Positions 29,003-38,470 of a stretch of DNA of 64,000 nt are shown piece after piece (the first letter of the stretch is position 1; every line of letters begins with the position of its first letter). The notes under the pieces are model-generated. The model had not been told where the DNA came from. It worked only from the letters and a program-made list of their open reading frames with translations, and ran no database searches. The stretch is taken from IMG/VR virus record IMGVR_UViG_3300050821_005065, positions 8,158 through 72,157 of that record; one strand, given 5' to 3'. The stretch is from a virus. The position numbers and the translations under genes are program-made.

Positions 29003-30440
29003 CGACTACAAATCCGGCCTCGACGACCAAGACGAACTCGGGCAATTTCCTTCTGCCGCGTCACCTCTTGCGGCTTTGGGGATTGATCCCGACGAAGCCA
29101 GAGCGAATCCTGAATTCCTAGCAAGGCTCATGAAAGGTCCATCACAGGGTACGCCGCTATCCTCTCCTTCTCCCAGTGCGGTGGCGGCCGGGGCCACTGG
29201 TGGTGCTGGTGATACAGAGCCAACCGATGAAGAAGGTTATGGACGCGCTGGCCTGTCGAAGACCTTCCACGCTATGTCGGATGCGTCCAAAGCTGCAAAC
29301 GCTGTGCCGACAGAGACTCCAGCCGATATTACGCGACTGCAATCCCAGGAAGAGAAACTTCAGCCCAAAACTCCTTTGCGGGACGCCTCGGGAAATATGC
29401 TGGATCAGTACAAACCCTCAACCGGGCAGAAGATCTGGCGCGGTGTGCGTGGCGGACTTACTGGTCTCGCTACTGGTGGAGTTTTGGGTGCCGGACTCGG
29501 AGCGGCCTATCCGCAAGATGTGAAAGGCGGCACTGCCTACAACGCGCCGAACAAGCAGTATGAGCGCACAGAGCAAAAGCGCACTCAAGATTTGAGTGCA
29601 ACAGAATCCAATCTCGACCAAGCCCGTAAGAACTGGGGCGAAGCGGTCAAAGCGCGGCAGGCCCAAGCGGGAGAGTTCGGAAAAGTCGCGGCCCTCGGGA
29701 AAGACCTCACCACCGGAGCCACAGGATTAATCAACGCGGAAAATAAACCGGAGACGGAAGAGAACAAGACCAAGGCAAAACTGGAGTTGTCACAGAAGGA
29801 ATTTGAGCAGCGGCGCCAATCGTTGACGACCGATCCGACTCTATCAAAACTCTCTCCTCTCCAAAAAGCTCTGTACATGGCAAACGGGAAACTCCCCGAC
29901 CCCCGAGAGCCGAACGAAGCCGACGTACAGGCCGCGAACATGGCACGGGCACTCACAACGTTTAAGCTTCAGACTGGGCGCGCCCCGCAAACGCTCGAGG
30001 AAATGAACTCAGTCATCGCAACCGCCAAGGGCGAACTCAATAAAGGGAAGGGTGCGAACAATCCCGACGCCGCCAACCTCCGTGTGGCCGCTCGACTCGC
30101 CGAGACTCACTTAAAAGAATTGCAGAACATGATGAAGGCTCCGTCGATTGCCTATGGTTCTCCAGAAGTGAAGAAACAACTTCAGGACCAAGTAGACGAA
30201 GCCAAAGAACGGTACGACGATTTACAAGAGCAGTTAACCCAAGCCACAGGGCCAACGCAGACACCCGCCGCTACTCCCGCGCAACCTGCTCCCGCTGCAC
30301 CCGCAGCATCGCAACCCGCGAAACCGGCGCAGAATGCTCCCGCTACCAAGCCGCAACCCGCCCCGGATGGGACGCGCCGACAAGCTCCAAATGGAACCAT
30401 CGAAGTGAAGCAGAATGGTAAATGGGTGCCGGAGAGCTAA
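28995..30440 (+). CDS. Internal virion (ejection) protein
   Basis: Gly-rich hydrophobic segment, coiled coil and C-terminal PDGT...NGKWV motif; context. Confidence 0.6.
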   Translation: MSNDYKSGLDDQDELGQFPSAASPLAALGIDPDEARANPEFLARLMKGPSQGTPLSSPSPSAVAAGATGGAGDTEPTDEEGYGRAGLSKTFHAMSDASKAANAVPTETPADITRLQSQEEKLQPKTPLRDASGNMLDQYKPSTGQKIWRGVRGGLTGLATGGVLGAGLGAAYPQDVKGGTAYNAPNKQYERTEQKRTQDLSATESNLDQARKNWGEAVKARQAQAGEFGKVAALGKDLTTGATGLINAENKPETEENKTKAKLELSQKEFEQRRQSLTTDPTLSKLSPLQKALYMANGKLPDPREPNEADVQAANMARALTTFKLQTGRAPQTLEEMNSVIATAKGELNKGKGANNPDAANLRVAARLAETHLKELQNMMKAPSIAYGSPEVKKQLQDQVDEAKERYDDLQEQLTQATGPTQTPAATPAQPAPAAPAASQPAKPAQNAPATKPQPAPDGTRRQAPNGTIEVKQNGKWVPES

Positions 30441-33400
30441 TTGGACGCCGCCCAGCAGTTTACCGACATCCCTAGCGGGTACAAAGTTCTCCCACCCGCC
30501 GCGCCTCTGGATCAATTCTCCGACGTTCCAGACGGCTATAAAGTTCTTCCGCCAAAAGCGCCAACCGCACAGCAATCCTCCGCCGCAATCGGGCGAGTTA
30601 CCAGTCCGCTATCGCCTGCCCCGATACCACCCGCTTCTCTCCCGCCATTCTCCTTAGGTGCTCCTCCGTCAACGCCGCGTTCGACCGCAGAGGGCTTGAC
30701 CACCGAGCAGCAAGAGCGCCGTGCCGGAATGCCACTTGCAATCCAGCCGGCCAGCGGCAGTTTAGAGAACACTCACCCCGAACAGGTCGTCGCACAACCC
30801 CTAACCAATCAGACCCTAGCCACTCCGCCCAAGCCGGCTCCAATCGATACCTCGCTTGGGCCGAACGCTCCCTTTACCCCGGAAGAAGTTGCGGCACGCC
30901 ATCAAGAGAAGCAGGCCGATGAAGCCGCCGATAGTTCCATGCTGGCAAATTACAGCCGAGCCGTAGAAGCCGGTAGGCGAATGGGATCAAAAGCGGGCGA
31001 ACAGATTGCAGCCTTGGGGACGCCGATTGAAAAGGGCTATGGGGATCTGACTGACGAGAACCGCGGAGCCTTTGAGAAAGAGCACCCTGCCGCTGCGGGC
31101 ATCGGGAAAGCCGCTGGCGGATTCGTGGGCCAGATGGCCGCCGACCCGGTTACCTATTTGTTTATGGGGAGTAGCGAACTGGCGCATCCCATGCTCGACC
31201 GGATTATCAGTTCGGGATTCCGGTTTGGTCTGGGCGTCCACGCCGTCAACGCTGCGCGTGATCTGCAAAAGAATTGGAATGATTACACTCCCGAGAAACG
31301 GTATGAGGTCGCAACCGAAGCGGGGCTAAGCGGATTGCTGGCTGCTGGCGCCCACCAGATCAGAGACTTTCTCAAAGGACCGTATGAAGCTTTACCTACT
31401 GAGCCGACCGAGCGCGCCGAATCTCTCTTCCGGAATCTGGTCCACAAAGCCGGCGGAACCGTGGGAGAAAATCCTACTCTTGAGGAAGCCAACGCCGCAT
31501 ACCGATCCGCGATCGCCAACCTGCACCCAGACGTAAATCCAGAAGCGGCCGAAGATGCGCGCAACCTGAATGACGCATGGGCCAAGCTGAAGCAGTCGGG
31601 GCGTTTCACCGGGAAACAGCGATTCAGTGATGTGCCGGAAGGCTACAGAATTCTTCCGCCTGCCGCTGGAGCAGAACAGCCCACCGTTCACGCCTCGAAC
31701 GATGTCGAAGAGCTCCGTGCCTCCGCCGAACGCCAAGCCCCGAAAATAGGAGATGCGGTTAGTAGCGCCACTGAAGGCGTTCCCGGCACCAAACTGGAAG
31801 CCGTGCGCGACTCCAAAGACTCTGACCGAATCACAGATAAAGCCGAGCGCCAAGGCGTCGAACCTTCCCAGATCAAAGACATTGCCGCGGCGAAGGTCAC
31901 CGTCCCGGATCAGGAAGCCGCCAATCAGGTATTAGAAAATCTTCACCCCGAGATGCCCGTTGAGGAAGTCAACGGCATGGTGACAGGGGAACCCGGTAAA
32001 AACGCGGTGCGTCAAACGCAAGCCGTCGTATCGACGGATCAACCGGGCGAACCTGTCAAGAACGCCGAAGTGCTCTTACAGACGCCGGAGATGCACAAAG
32101 CCACGGAAACCACTCATGATGACTACCGTAAAGCTCAGGAACTACGCGCTGCGGGTAAAGAAGCCGAAGCCCAGGCTGTCGAAAATCGTATCGCAGGCGA
32201 GCACGAAGAGGCCCACCAAGCGGCCATTGCACGACAGGAGGAATCAAATGCCATTCAAGAGCGAAGCGCAGAGGGGGTTCATGGAAGCGCACAAGAAGAA
32301 GATGGAGGCCAGCGGAGTCAACATGAAAGAGTGGGAGAGCGCCAGCAAGGGCAAGGATCTTCCGCCGCGCGCCCCCAAGCCGCCCGACAAGAAAAAGAAG
32401 AAGCCCCCCGCGCCCCCAAGCCGCCCACCCGAGGAGTTTCAGGGGCCAATGACCTAACTCATAATCTCAAGAACCAAGCAATTGAGATTCGTGACTCTCA
32501 AGGCAACTGGAAGCAAGGCACCGTTCTAGCCGACAGCCTTACCCAAGGGGGAGATCGGCCACGTCGATTGCGCGGAACCTTCGCCGATGGGACAGAATTC
32601 GACAACATCAAACTCTCAGACGTTCGCAGGCCGGAGGTGCAAACAGGTTCCGAGGGAATCGACTTCGACGGAACCCTGTTCACCGAGCGTCCCGATGGAT
32701 CAATCGGCGAACCCATCCCAGAGCGGATCGCAAGCTTAAAAGAACGCATTGCCAATGGAGAGGAAGTAGTAATCGAGAGTCACCGAGCGCGTCAACCGGG
32801 AGGAGTTTCAGCCATTCAGGACGCGCTGGAGAAAGCAGGTTTGCCGCGCCTGCCAGTCTCCGCCAAGAAGAACGTAGAACCCACTCTCGTTGACGACGAA
32901 AAACAAAACGCTCCGGGAGTCACCCAACAAAAAGTAGCGACGAATCGAAATACGCCGTTACCCGATGTGCCGCGCGCCCCACGCCCGCCCAGCTACGGTC
33001 CTCCCAAGAAAGATTTTCAAGGCTCCGTCCCTGCGGAGAGTTTGGGCTTCAATCACACGATCGATACTGGTCCCGACATCGGCGCAAAGGCTCGCGTAGA
33101 GACTGAGAAGCGTATGGGTGGGCCTCTCCCCCGTGGGCAGGCAGAGCGGAGAGCGCCGGAACCCAAGCCCGTTGACACGTCCTCTGAAGCCATCAAAGCC
33201 GCCTCCAACCCAGAACGCGATACCGACATCATGGCGAAGCTGAAAGAGGAGCATCCTGATTGGTCTTTAAGTCAACGGTTACAAGAGGCGGCGAAACTCG
33301 CCAATCCCCCCAAGGAGAAGCCCGTTGAAATCTCGTCAAAAGATGTATCGAAGCCTGTACCGCAAGCAAGTGAAGCAGGAAAGAAAGAAACTGTTCAAGT

Positions 33401-36400
33401 CAATCAGGGTGCTGGAGGCGCTGATAAAGTTGGACCCGGTACTAAAGGCGAAATAGCTCCGGGTAAAGTCGGCGAAATGAAAGTTGCCGACCTGAAGGTT
33501 GCGCCGAACAAATTCCAGTACAAACTTGGCACGGATGCGGCAGGGACTTCGACTCTTCTCAAAGAGGCGAAGACGTTCAATCCCGATCTGGCAGGAACCA
33601 TTTCAGTTTGGAAAGACCCCGCGGATGGCAAAACTTATGTGGTCAACGGTCATCACCGCTATGAACTGGCGAAGCGTACGGGACAGGATGAAGTTGCGGT
33701 GCGGCACATCGTCGCGCAGGATGCGGCAGAAGCGCGCGCGGTCGGAGCTCGGCAGAACATCGCTGAAGGTCGCGGCACTCCTGTGGATGCAGCCAAATTC
33801 TTTCGCGATACCAGCATCACCCCCGAAGACCTCGACAAGCACGGTATCTCGCTCGGCGAAGCTACCGCCGCGAAAGGGCTGGCACTCTCGAACCTTGACG
33901 ACTCGCTATTCAGCAAAGTGGTAAATGGCGATTTGCGCGAAGGCCGCGCCGTCGCTATCGGAGAGGCGACCAAAGACCCGGCAGAGCAGAAAGCAATTCT
34001 ATCGCTGCTTGAACGCAAGGAGCGCATCGGGGCGAAGGTCTCGGACGATACGCTTTCCGAGTTGATTCGTCTTGTCAAGGGCGCAGAGCAGAAGACAGAG
34101 ACCACAGCAAACTTATTTGGCACACAGGAAATTAACCGCTCCCTTGCTCTCGAAAAAGCGGAAATCTCCGCGCACATCAAGCAGCAGTTATCGAAGGATA
34201 AAAAGTTGTTTGGGTTTGTCGCGAAGGAGGGGCGCGCGGAGGAACTGGCGCGCGCTGGCAACAAGATCGACGTAGAGAAGTCCAAGGAAATATCGACTGG
34301 CGCAGCTCAGGCGGAAGAGGTTTATAATAAACTGAGTGCGCGCGGAGGGCCAATTGCAACCATCCTCGATGAAGCCGCCCGAAAACTCGCCGACCGTGAA
34401 GGCTCCCCGGCCTCCATTAAATCCGACGCCTACGAGCGCATCCGGGAAGAGGTATCCCAAACTCTCAGGGGAACCGAAAGAGAAGTTCCTGAAAGAATGG
34501 AAGCGGGAGCAGGACCAAGTAAAGAAGTAGAACCGACGCTCCCCGGCATGGAGCATGTCCCCGCCGAACGTGCCGAAGCGGTCTCCGAACAACAAGGCAA
34601 AGACCTCACCGCCAAACTCACCGAGCCGCCGAAGTCCATCGAATCGAAAGCGGGTGAGATTGAGCAACGTTCGCCCCTCTTCCGCGACACGGAAGCGAAT
34701 CCGCAAAAGGGATTATTCGGCGGCGAATCCGGATCCCTCGACATCTCCAAACTTTCCCCCTCTCACATCAAGCAACAGTACGACCAAGCCGTCTCTGAAT
34801 TCATTTCCGGCAAACTGAAAATCGGCGACAAGTATCACGATGTTGCCAAGCACGATGAGACCGTAGCCAACACGCTTCACCTGGTAGACAACGCTCCCCG
34901 CTATTTCAAAGCCAAAGCCGACGCCAATCTCAAAGGAGTCACCGCTGGATTAAACGACGATCAGATTCGTCTTGCGTCCATGATGGCCGATTCGGACTCG
35001 CGAGACTACCTGAAAGCCAACAAGCCCGATGAGTTCAAGCAAGCCACCTCCGACCCGGCAGTGATGGCCGCTGTAAAGAAGTTTGAACCGCTCCAGCAGG
35101 AACTCACCAAAGACCGTCAAGCGTTGGGCTGGCCTGTCCGCATGAGCATGGAAGCCATTGAGCAGCCAGACGGAACTTTCAAAGTAATGGACCGGAGCGG
35201 CGCGGACCTAGGCGACTTCAAGACTGCGAAGAAAGCCAACGAGTTCATTCAGGAGAATGGTGAAGTCGAACCGCATCTGAAGCGCACCTACCCCGAGCAC
35301 TCGAAGAACCCTCTCCCTGCCGAGACTGGTGTAGGAGATTTCACTCAAGCTTTCCCCCACGAAAAAGGCTTACGTCCGCCGAAGATGGACAAGAAGTCCC
35401 GCGAAATGTCGGCGGAATATCATTACGAACATGGGCGCAAAGATTTCTCTGGCTACACCGAGAGCTTCAAGCAGACCAAAACCGCCGTGCTGAAACAGAA
35501 ACTCTTTGACGACTTTGTAGACCGGGCAACCCCGTACTCCGCCGGGACCGCGCAACCTCCCAAGATCGAATACAACGGGAAGACCTACTACCGTCCCGAC
35601 ATCGTGCAGAAAGCCAAAGAAGGTGGAACCAAGCTTGAATCCTATGCCATGTATGATCCCACGCGCGGCGAAAAGTTCATGATCGCGAACCCCGAAGAAG
35701 GCTGGGCCACACTCGCCACCGGGAAGTCGGGAATCAAAGCCAGTGACCGATTCCTAGGTCCAAAGCCCGTAGTCGATGCGATGGAGAACTACGACACGTC
35801 CCGCGGCGGGGAATCTTCAAAGCTACGCCACTTCTTTCAAGAGCAGATCGTGGGACTCTTCGGCCCAGTGGTTCACATCAACAACATTGTCCGACGAATC
35901 GGGCAGGCAACCGGCATGGGAACATTTGATCCGCGCTCCTGGCCTTCGATCGCGCGTGTGATTGCCAGTCCAGAACTGAGACAGCGGGTGATGAGTGGAG
36001 TTGATGACGCCACCATCGACATGCTCACCAAGTACGGAGCCTACACCGACTGGGGCGATATCGGGACGGTCAACAAATATATCGGCGGAAACCTGAATCC
36101 GGCATCATGGGTTAGATCCTTTGGTAAAGGTGTTCTGTTCGATCCCAAGTTCGCAAAGGGCTGGGGCGGTCTCGATCCGAAAGCGCGCGTAGTGGTCGCG
36201 GATTATTTCAAAGAGCACTTCCCGAAGATGACCGACGCCGAAGTAGCCAAGGCGATCGAAGATGGATTCGGAAATTACAACCGCGCCAACTGGACTGAGC
36301 GCCAAAGACTTCTTGCCAAGTTCACTCTTTTCCCCGGCTGGGATGCAGCCTCCGCAAAATGGTTTCTGCGTCATCCCTTCCGCGCCGGCGTGGCCGGTTC

Positions 36401-37274
36401 GCTCGTAGTCCTTGCCATCAATCGGGCCTTGAATGCTCTCGGGAAAAACAAAGACCAAGACGCCAACGATCTCAGCTATGTCCACTTCGGCGATAGGAAA
36501 CTTTCTTCCGGCTTGATCATGGATAACATGGGAAACCACTTCATGTCGCCCGTGCTGGGAGCGTTGCAAGCGAAGTTGAGTGGGGATGACGTTGCTGCAG
36601 GAGCCACCGAAGGAGCGCAGAGAGGCAGCGCAGCCCTTGCGGGAACTTTGGCTGGACCCGTGGTCGAAATGGTTGCGGATCAAATCTACAACCGGAAGTA
36701 TGCTGGCGGAGCCTCGGAACTGGTAAAGCCGGAAGACAAATACACTCCCGGCACCTGGTTGCCGAACGTGGAACTGGAGAAGCGTGCGGCCTTTGCTGCC
36801 CTGAAAGGCACACCAGCTCTCAATCGCTTTATCAATCCCAAAGGGGAATGGGATTGGGCGCAAGGCATCGGCGGCGGAGTGCTCGGCGTCACCAATTACA
36901 AGTACGGCGCAGAGGAACGGTTCAAGGCCAACGTCGCCAAAGCCGCGACCTATGGGCAGACATTGAACCAGCTTGCCATGAAGGAACCCGAAGCCGCGGC
37001 CAAGTTCGCCAGCGACCCGCAGCGCGCAACCTACCTGATGTTCCACGATGACCTTGAGCAGATGGCGCGTGATCTGAAAGAACTGGATTCCCAGATCGAG
37101 CGAGTACGCAGCGCGGACCTGCCGCACACCGAACGGCAGAGCATTTTGGAAGACCTGAAGAACAACCGCAACACCCTGCTCAAAGCGGCCGATGGATTGA
37201 ACGACGCCTTAAACGAAGCGAAGAACCAATCTCGCAAGAAGCAAACGGATTACTGGAAGAGCAAAGTACAATGA
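30441..37274 (+). CDS. Large polyvalent internal virion protein (J-like, RelA/SpoT-like, HAD-like and ParB-like domains)
   Basis: 2277 aa; LHPDVN helical hairpin; KD..RI..K..IKDI..EVLLQTPEM; GIDFDGTLF..LVDD; VVNGHHRYELA. Confidence 0.75.
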   Translation: MDAAQQFTDIPSGYKVLPPAAPLDQFSDVPDGYKVLPPKAPTAQQSSAAIGRVTSPLSPAPIPPASLPPFSLGAPPSTPRSTAEGLTTEQQERRAGMPLAIQPASGSLENTHPEQVVAQPLTNQTLATPPKPAPIDTSLGPNAPFTPEEVAARHQEKQADEAADSSMLANYSRAVEAGRRMGSKAGEQIAALGTPIEKGYGDLTDENRGAFEKEHPAAAGIGKAAGGFVGQMAADPVTYLFMGSSELAHPMLDRIISSGFRFGLGVHAVNAARDLQKNWNDYTPEKRYEVATEAGLSGLLAAGAHQIRDFLKGPYEALPTEPTERAESLFRNLVHKAGGTVGENPTLEEANAAYRSAIANLHPDVNPEAAEDARNLNDAWAKLKQSGRFTGKQRFSDVPEGYRILPPAAGAEQPTVHASNDVEELRASAERQAPKIGDAVSSATEGVPGTKLEAVRDSKDSDRITDKAERQGVEPSQIKDIAAAKVTVPDQEAANQVLENLHPEMPVEEVNGMVTGEPGKNAVRQTQAVVSTDQPGEPVKNAEVLLQTPEMHKATETTHDDYRKAQELRAAGKEAEAQAVENRIAGEHEEAHQAAIARQEESNAIQERSAEGVHGSAQEEDGGQRSQHERVGERQQGQGSSAARPQAARQEKEEAPRAPKPPTRGVSGANDLTHNLKNQAIEIRDSQGNWKQGTVLADSLTQGGDRPRRLRGTFADGTEFDNIKLSDVRRPEVQTGSEGIDFDGTLFTERPDGSIGEPIPERIASLKERIANGEEVVIESHRARQPGGVSAIQDALEKAGLPRLPVSAKKNVEPTLVDDEKQNAPGVTQQKVATNRNTPLPDVPRAPRPPSYGPPKKDFQGSVPAESLGFNHTIDTGPDIGAKARVETEKRMGGPLPRGQAERRAPEPKPVDTSSEAIKAASNPERDTDIMAKLKEEHPDWSLSQRLQEAAKLANPPKEKPVEISSKDVSKPVPQASEAGKKETVQVNQGAGGADKVGPGTKGEIAPGKVGEMKVADLKVAPNKFQYKLGTDAAGTSTLLKEAKTFNPDLAGTISVWKDPADGKTYVVNGHHRYELAKRTGQDEVAVRHIVAQDAAEARAVGARQNIAEGRGTPVDAAKFFRDTSITPEDLDKHGISLGEATAAKGLALSNLDDSLFSKVVNGDLREGRAVAIGEATKDPAEQKAILSLLERKERIGAKVSDDTLSELIRLVKGAEQKTETTANLFGTQEINRSLALEKAEISAHIKQQLSKDKKLFGFVAKEGRAEELARAGNKIDVEKSKEISTGAAQAEEVYNKLSARGGPIATILDEAARKLADREGSPASIKSDAYERIREEVSQTLRGTEREVPERMEAGAGPSKEVEPTLPGMEHVPAERAEAVSEQQGKDLTAKLTEPPKSIESKAGEIEQRSPLFRDTEANPQKGLFGGESGSLDISKLSPSHIKQQYDQAVSEFISGKLKIGDKYHDVAKHDETVANTLHLVDNAPRYFKAKADANLKGVTAGLNDDQIRLASMMADSDSRDYLKANKPDEFKQATSDPAVMAAVKKFEPLQQELTKDRQALGWPVRMSMEAIEQPDGTFKVMDRSGADLGDFKTAKKANEFIQENGEVEPHLKRTYPEHSKNPLPAETGVGDFTQAFPHEKGLRPPKMDKKSREMSAEYHYEHGRKDFSGYTESFKQTKTAVLKQKLFDDFVDRATPYSAGTAQPPKIEYNGKTYYRPDIVQKAKEGGTKLESYAMYDPTRGEKFMIANPEEGWATLATGKSGIKASDRFLGPKPVVDAMENYDTSRGGESSKLRHFFQEQIVGLFGPVVHINNIVRRIGQATGMGTFDPRSWPSIARVIASPELRQRVMSGVDDATIDMLTKYGAYTDWGDIGTVNKYIGGNLNPASWVRSFGKGVLFDPKFAKGWGGLDPKARVVVADYFKEHFPKMTDAEVAKAIEDGFGNYNRANWTERQRLLAKFTLFPGWDAASAKWFLRHPFRAGVAGSLVVLAINRALNALGKNKDQDANDLSYVHFGDRKLSSGLIMDNMGNHFMSPVLGALQAKLSGDDVAAGATEGAQRGSAALAGTLAGPVVEMVADQIYNRKYAGGASELVKPEDKYTPGTWLPNVELEKRAAFAALKGTPALNRFINPKGEWDWAQGIGGGVLGVTNYKYGAEERFKANVAKAATYGQTLNQLAMKEPEAAAKFASDPQRATYLMFHDDLEQMARDLKELDSQIERVRSADLPHTERQSILEDLKNNRNTLLKAADGLNDALNEAKNQSRKKQTDYWKSKVQ
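32248..32457 (+). CDS. Nested overprinted small basic protein (69 aa, MPFKSEAQRGFM...)
   Basis: AGGAGGA (32236-42) lies 5 nt before an ATG in the +1 frame inside the 2277-aa gene; N-terminus resembles small phage MPFKS.AQR..M proteins. Confidence 0.6.
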   Translation: MPFKSEAQRGFMEAHKKKMEASGVNMKEWESASKGKDLPPRAPKPPDKKKKKPPAPPSRPPEEFQGPMT

Positions 37275-37299
37275 ACGACGAACTAACTGGAGGAATGAG

Positions 37300-37680
37300 A
37301 TGGAGTTGACGGGTCGTAAGCCGATTCTGTGTTTGGATTTTGATGGCGTGTGCCACAGCTATACGTCTGGCTGGAAGGGTGCGGCGGTGATTCCCGATCC
37401 GCCCGTGCCGGGATTGTTCGCGTTTCTCTCCGAAGCCTCACAGGTATTCGAGGTTAATATTTTCTCCTCGCGCTCAGGGCAAGCAGGCGGGGTGATGGCG
37501 ATGATGAAGTGGTTTGTCGCGCACGCCCCGGAAGATTTCAATGTGACGCTGCTGAAGTTCCCCGACGAGAAGCCACCTGCGTTCGTGGGTATTGATGACC
37601 GCGTGCTCACCTTCCAAGGCGAATGGCCGTCCGTCGCTTCGCTACAGGCTTTCAAAACGTGGAATGCGAAAGAGGTCTGA
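37300..37680 (+). CDS. HAD-superfamily phosphatase-like protein
   Basis: LDFDGV, IFSSR, KPPA..IDDR motifs; GGAGG RBS. Confidence 0.8.
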   Translation: MELTGRKPILCLDFDGVCHSYTSGWKGAAVIPDPPVPGLFAFLSEASQVFEVNIFSSRSGQAGGVMAMMKWFVAHAPEDFNVTLLKFPDEKPPAFVGIDDRVLTFQGEWPSVASLQAFKTWNAKEV

Positions 37681-37795
37681 CTTTACAACGAGCACACTGA
37701 CGGCGGGTAGGGACCCATCCCAACGGAACATGCTCGAAGAGACGACCTGTAGAATATAAGAATATGACTTACTGTTTTTCCCGGAGCGCCCCGCA

Positions 37796-38470
37796 ATGCC
37801 CAGCAAGATTGCGTCCCGTCCTGTAGAAGAGAAAGAAAAGTTCTTTGTCAATCTCTTTATCCGGGAAGGGATGAACCCAGGATCAATCGCAAAATGCGAA
37901 AAACGCGCCCACCTGAAGCGGGGAGACGGCAAGAAGATCCTGCGGCGGAAGTCCGTCAAAGCGGAACTCCAGACGAAAACCGCACCGGCACGCGAGGAAA
38001 TCTTACGTCAGGAAATCATTGGAGAAGCTGTTGTCAAAGCCAAGGCTGCCCAGCAGGAAGAACTTGCCAAAGTCGTCAAAAGTATCACTTTCCAAAAACT
38101 CAATCGGGAAATTCTCATCGACCAGCTCATGCAAGGGGCAGTCGGTTTGAACTGGCACATGTACCCCAGCGAGAAATTGGAAGTCATCAAAGCCGCGCTC
38201 GTATTGGAGCAAGACTCTAAAACCATCAATGGCTCATCAGAGAACACCCCAGGCGTCTATCAAAGCGCCTTCCGCCGCCTAGCCCCTCCCCCGGCATCCC
38301 CCATTCTAGAGCCTCCTAAAGCGCAAGAAGGAGTATTCGACCTCTACCCGGGTAAGACGGTTCCGCCGGTCGAACTGGTTGCCACCCTCCCGCCCATCGG
38401 TGAATCTACCGAAGAAGCCCCTGAGAAGCCTTCCTCGAACCCCAACGTCATCACGGTTGAGATTGGATGA
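37796..38470 (+). CDS. Putative terminase small subunit
   Basis: Directly upstream of and overlapping TerL; basic HTH-like N-terminus, disordered C-terminus. Confidence 0.5.
   Translation: MPSKIASRPVEEKEKFFVNLFIREGMNPGSIAKCEKRAHLKRGDGKKILRRKSVKAELQTKTAPAREEILRQEIIGEAVVKAKAAQQEELAKVVKSITFQKLNREILIDQLMQGAVGLNWHMYPSEKLEVIKAALVLEQDSKTINGSSENTPGVYQSAFRRLAPPPASPILEPPKAQEGVFDLYPGKTVPPVELVATLPPIGESTEEAPEKPSSNPNVITVEIG

Noticed and set aside
34336-34530. Second possible nested +1 ORF in the giant gene (…PKEKFLKEWKREQDQVKK)
   Set aside because: No convincing SD/start pair or recognisable family, unlike the 32248 ORF.
36105-37127. 340-aa minus-strand ORF
   Set aside because: Antisense shadow of the giant gene; no motifs or RBS.
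37750-37826. TAGAAT followed by ATG 37764 as another leaderless gene
   Set aside because: No matching -35 and the ORF is only 20 codons; it may simply be a promoter for the terminase genes.
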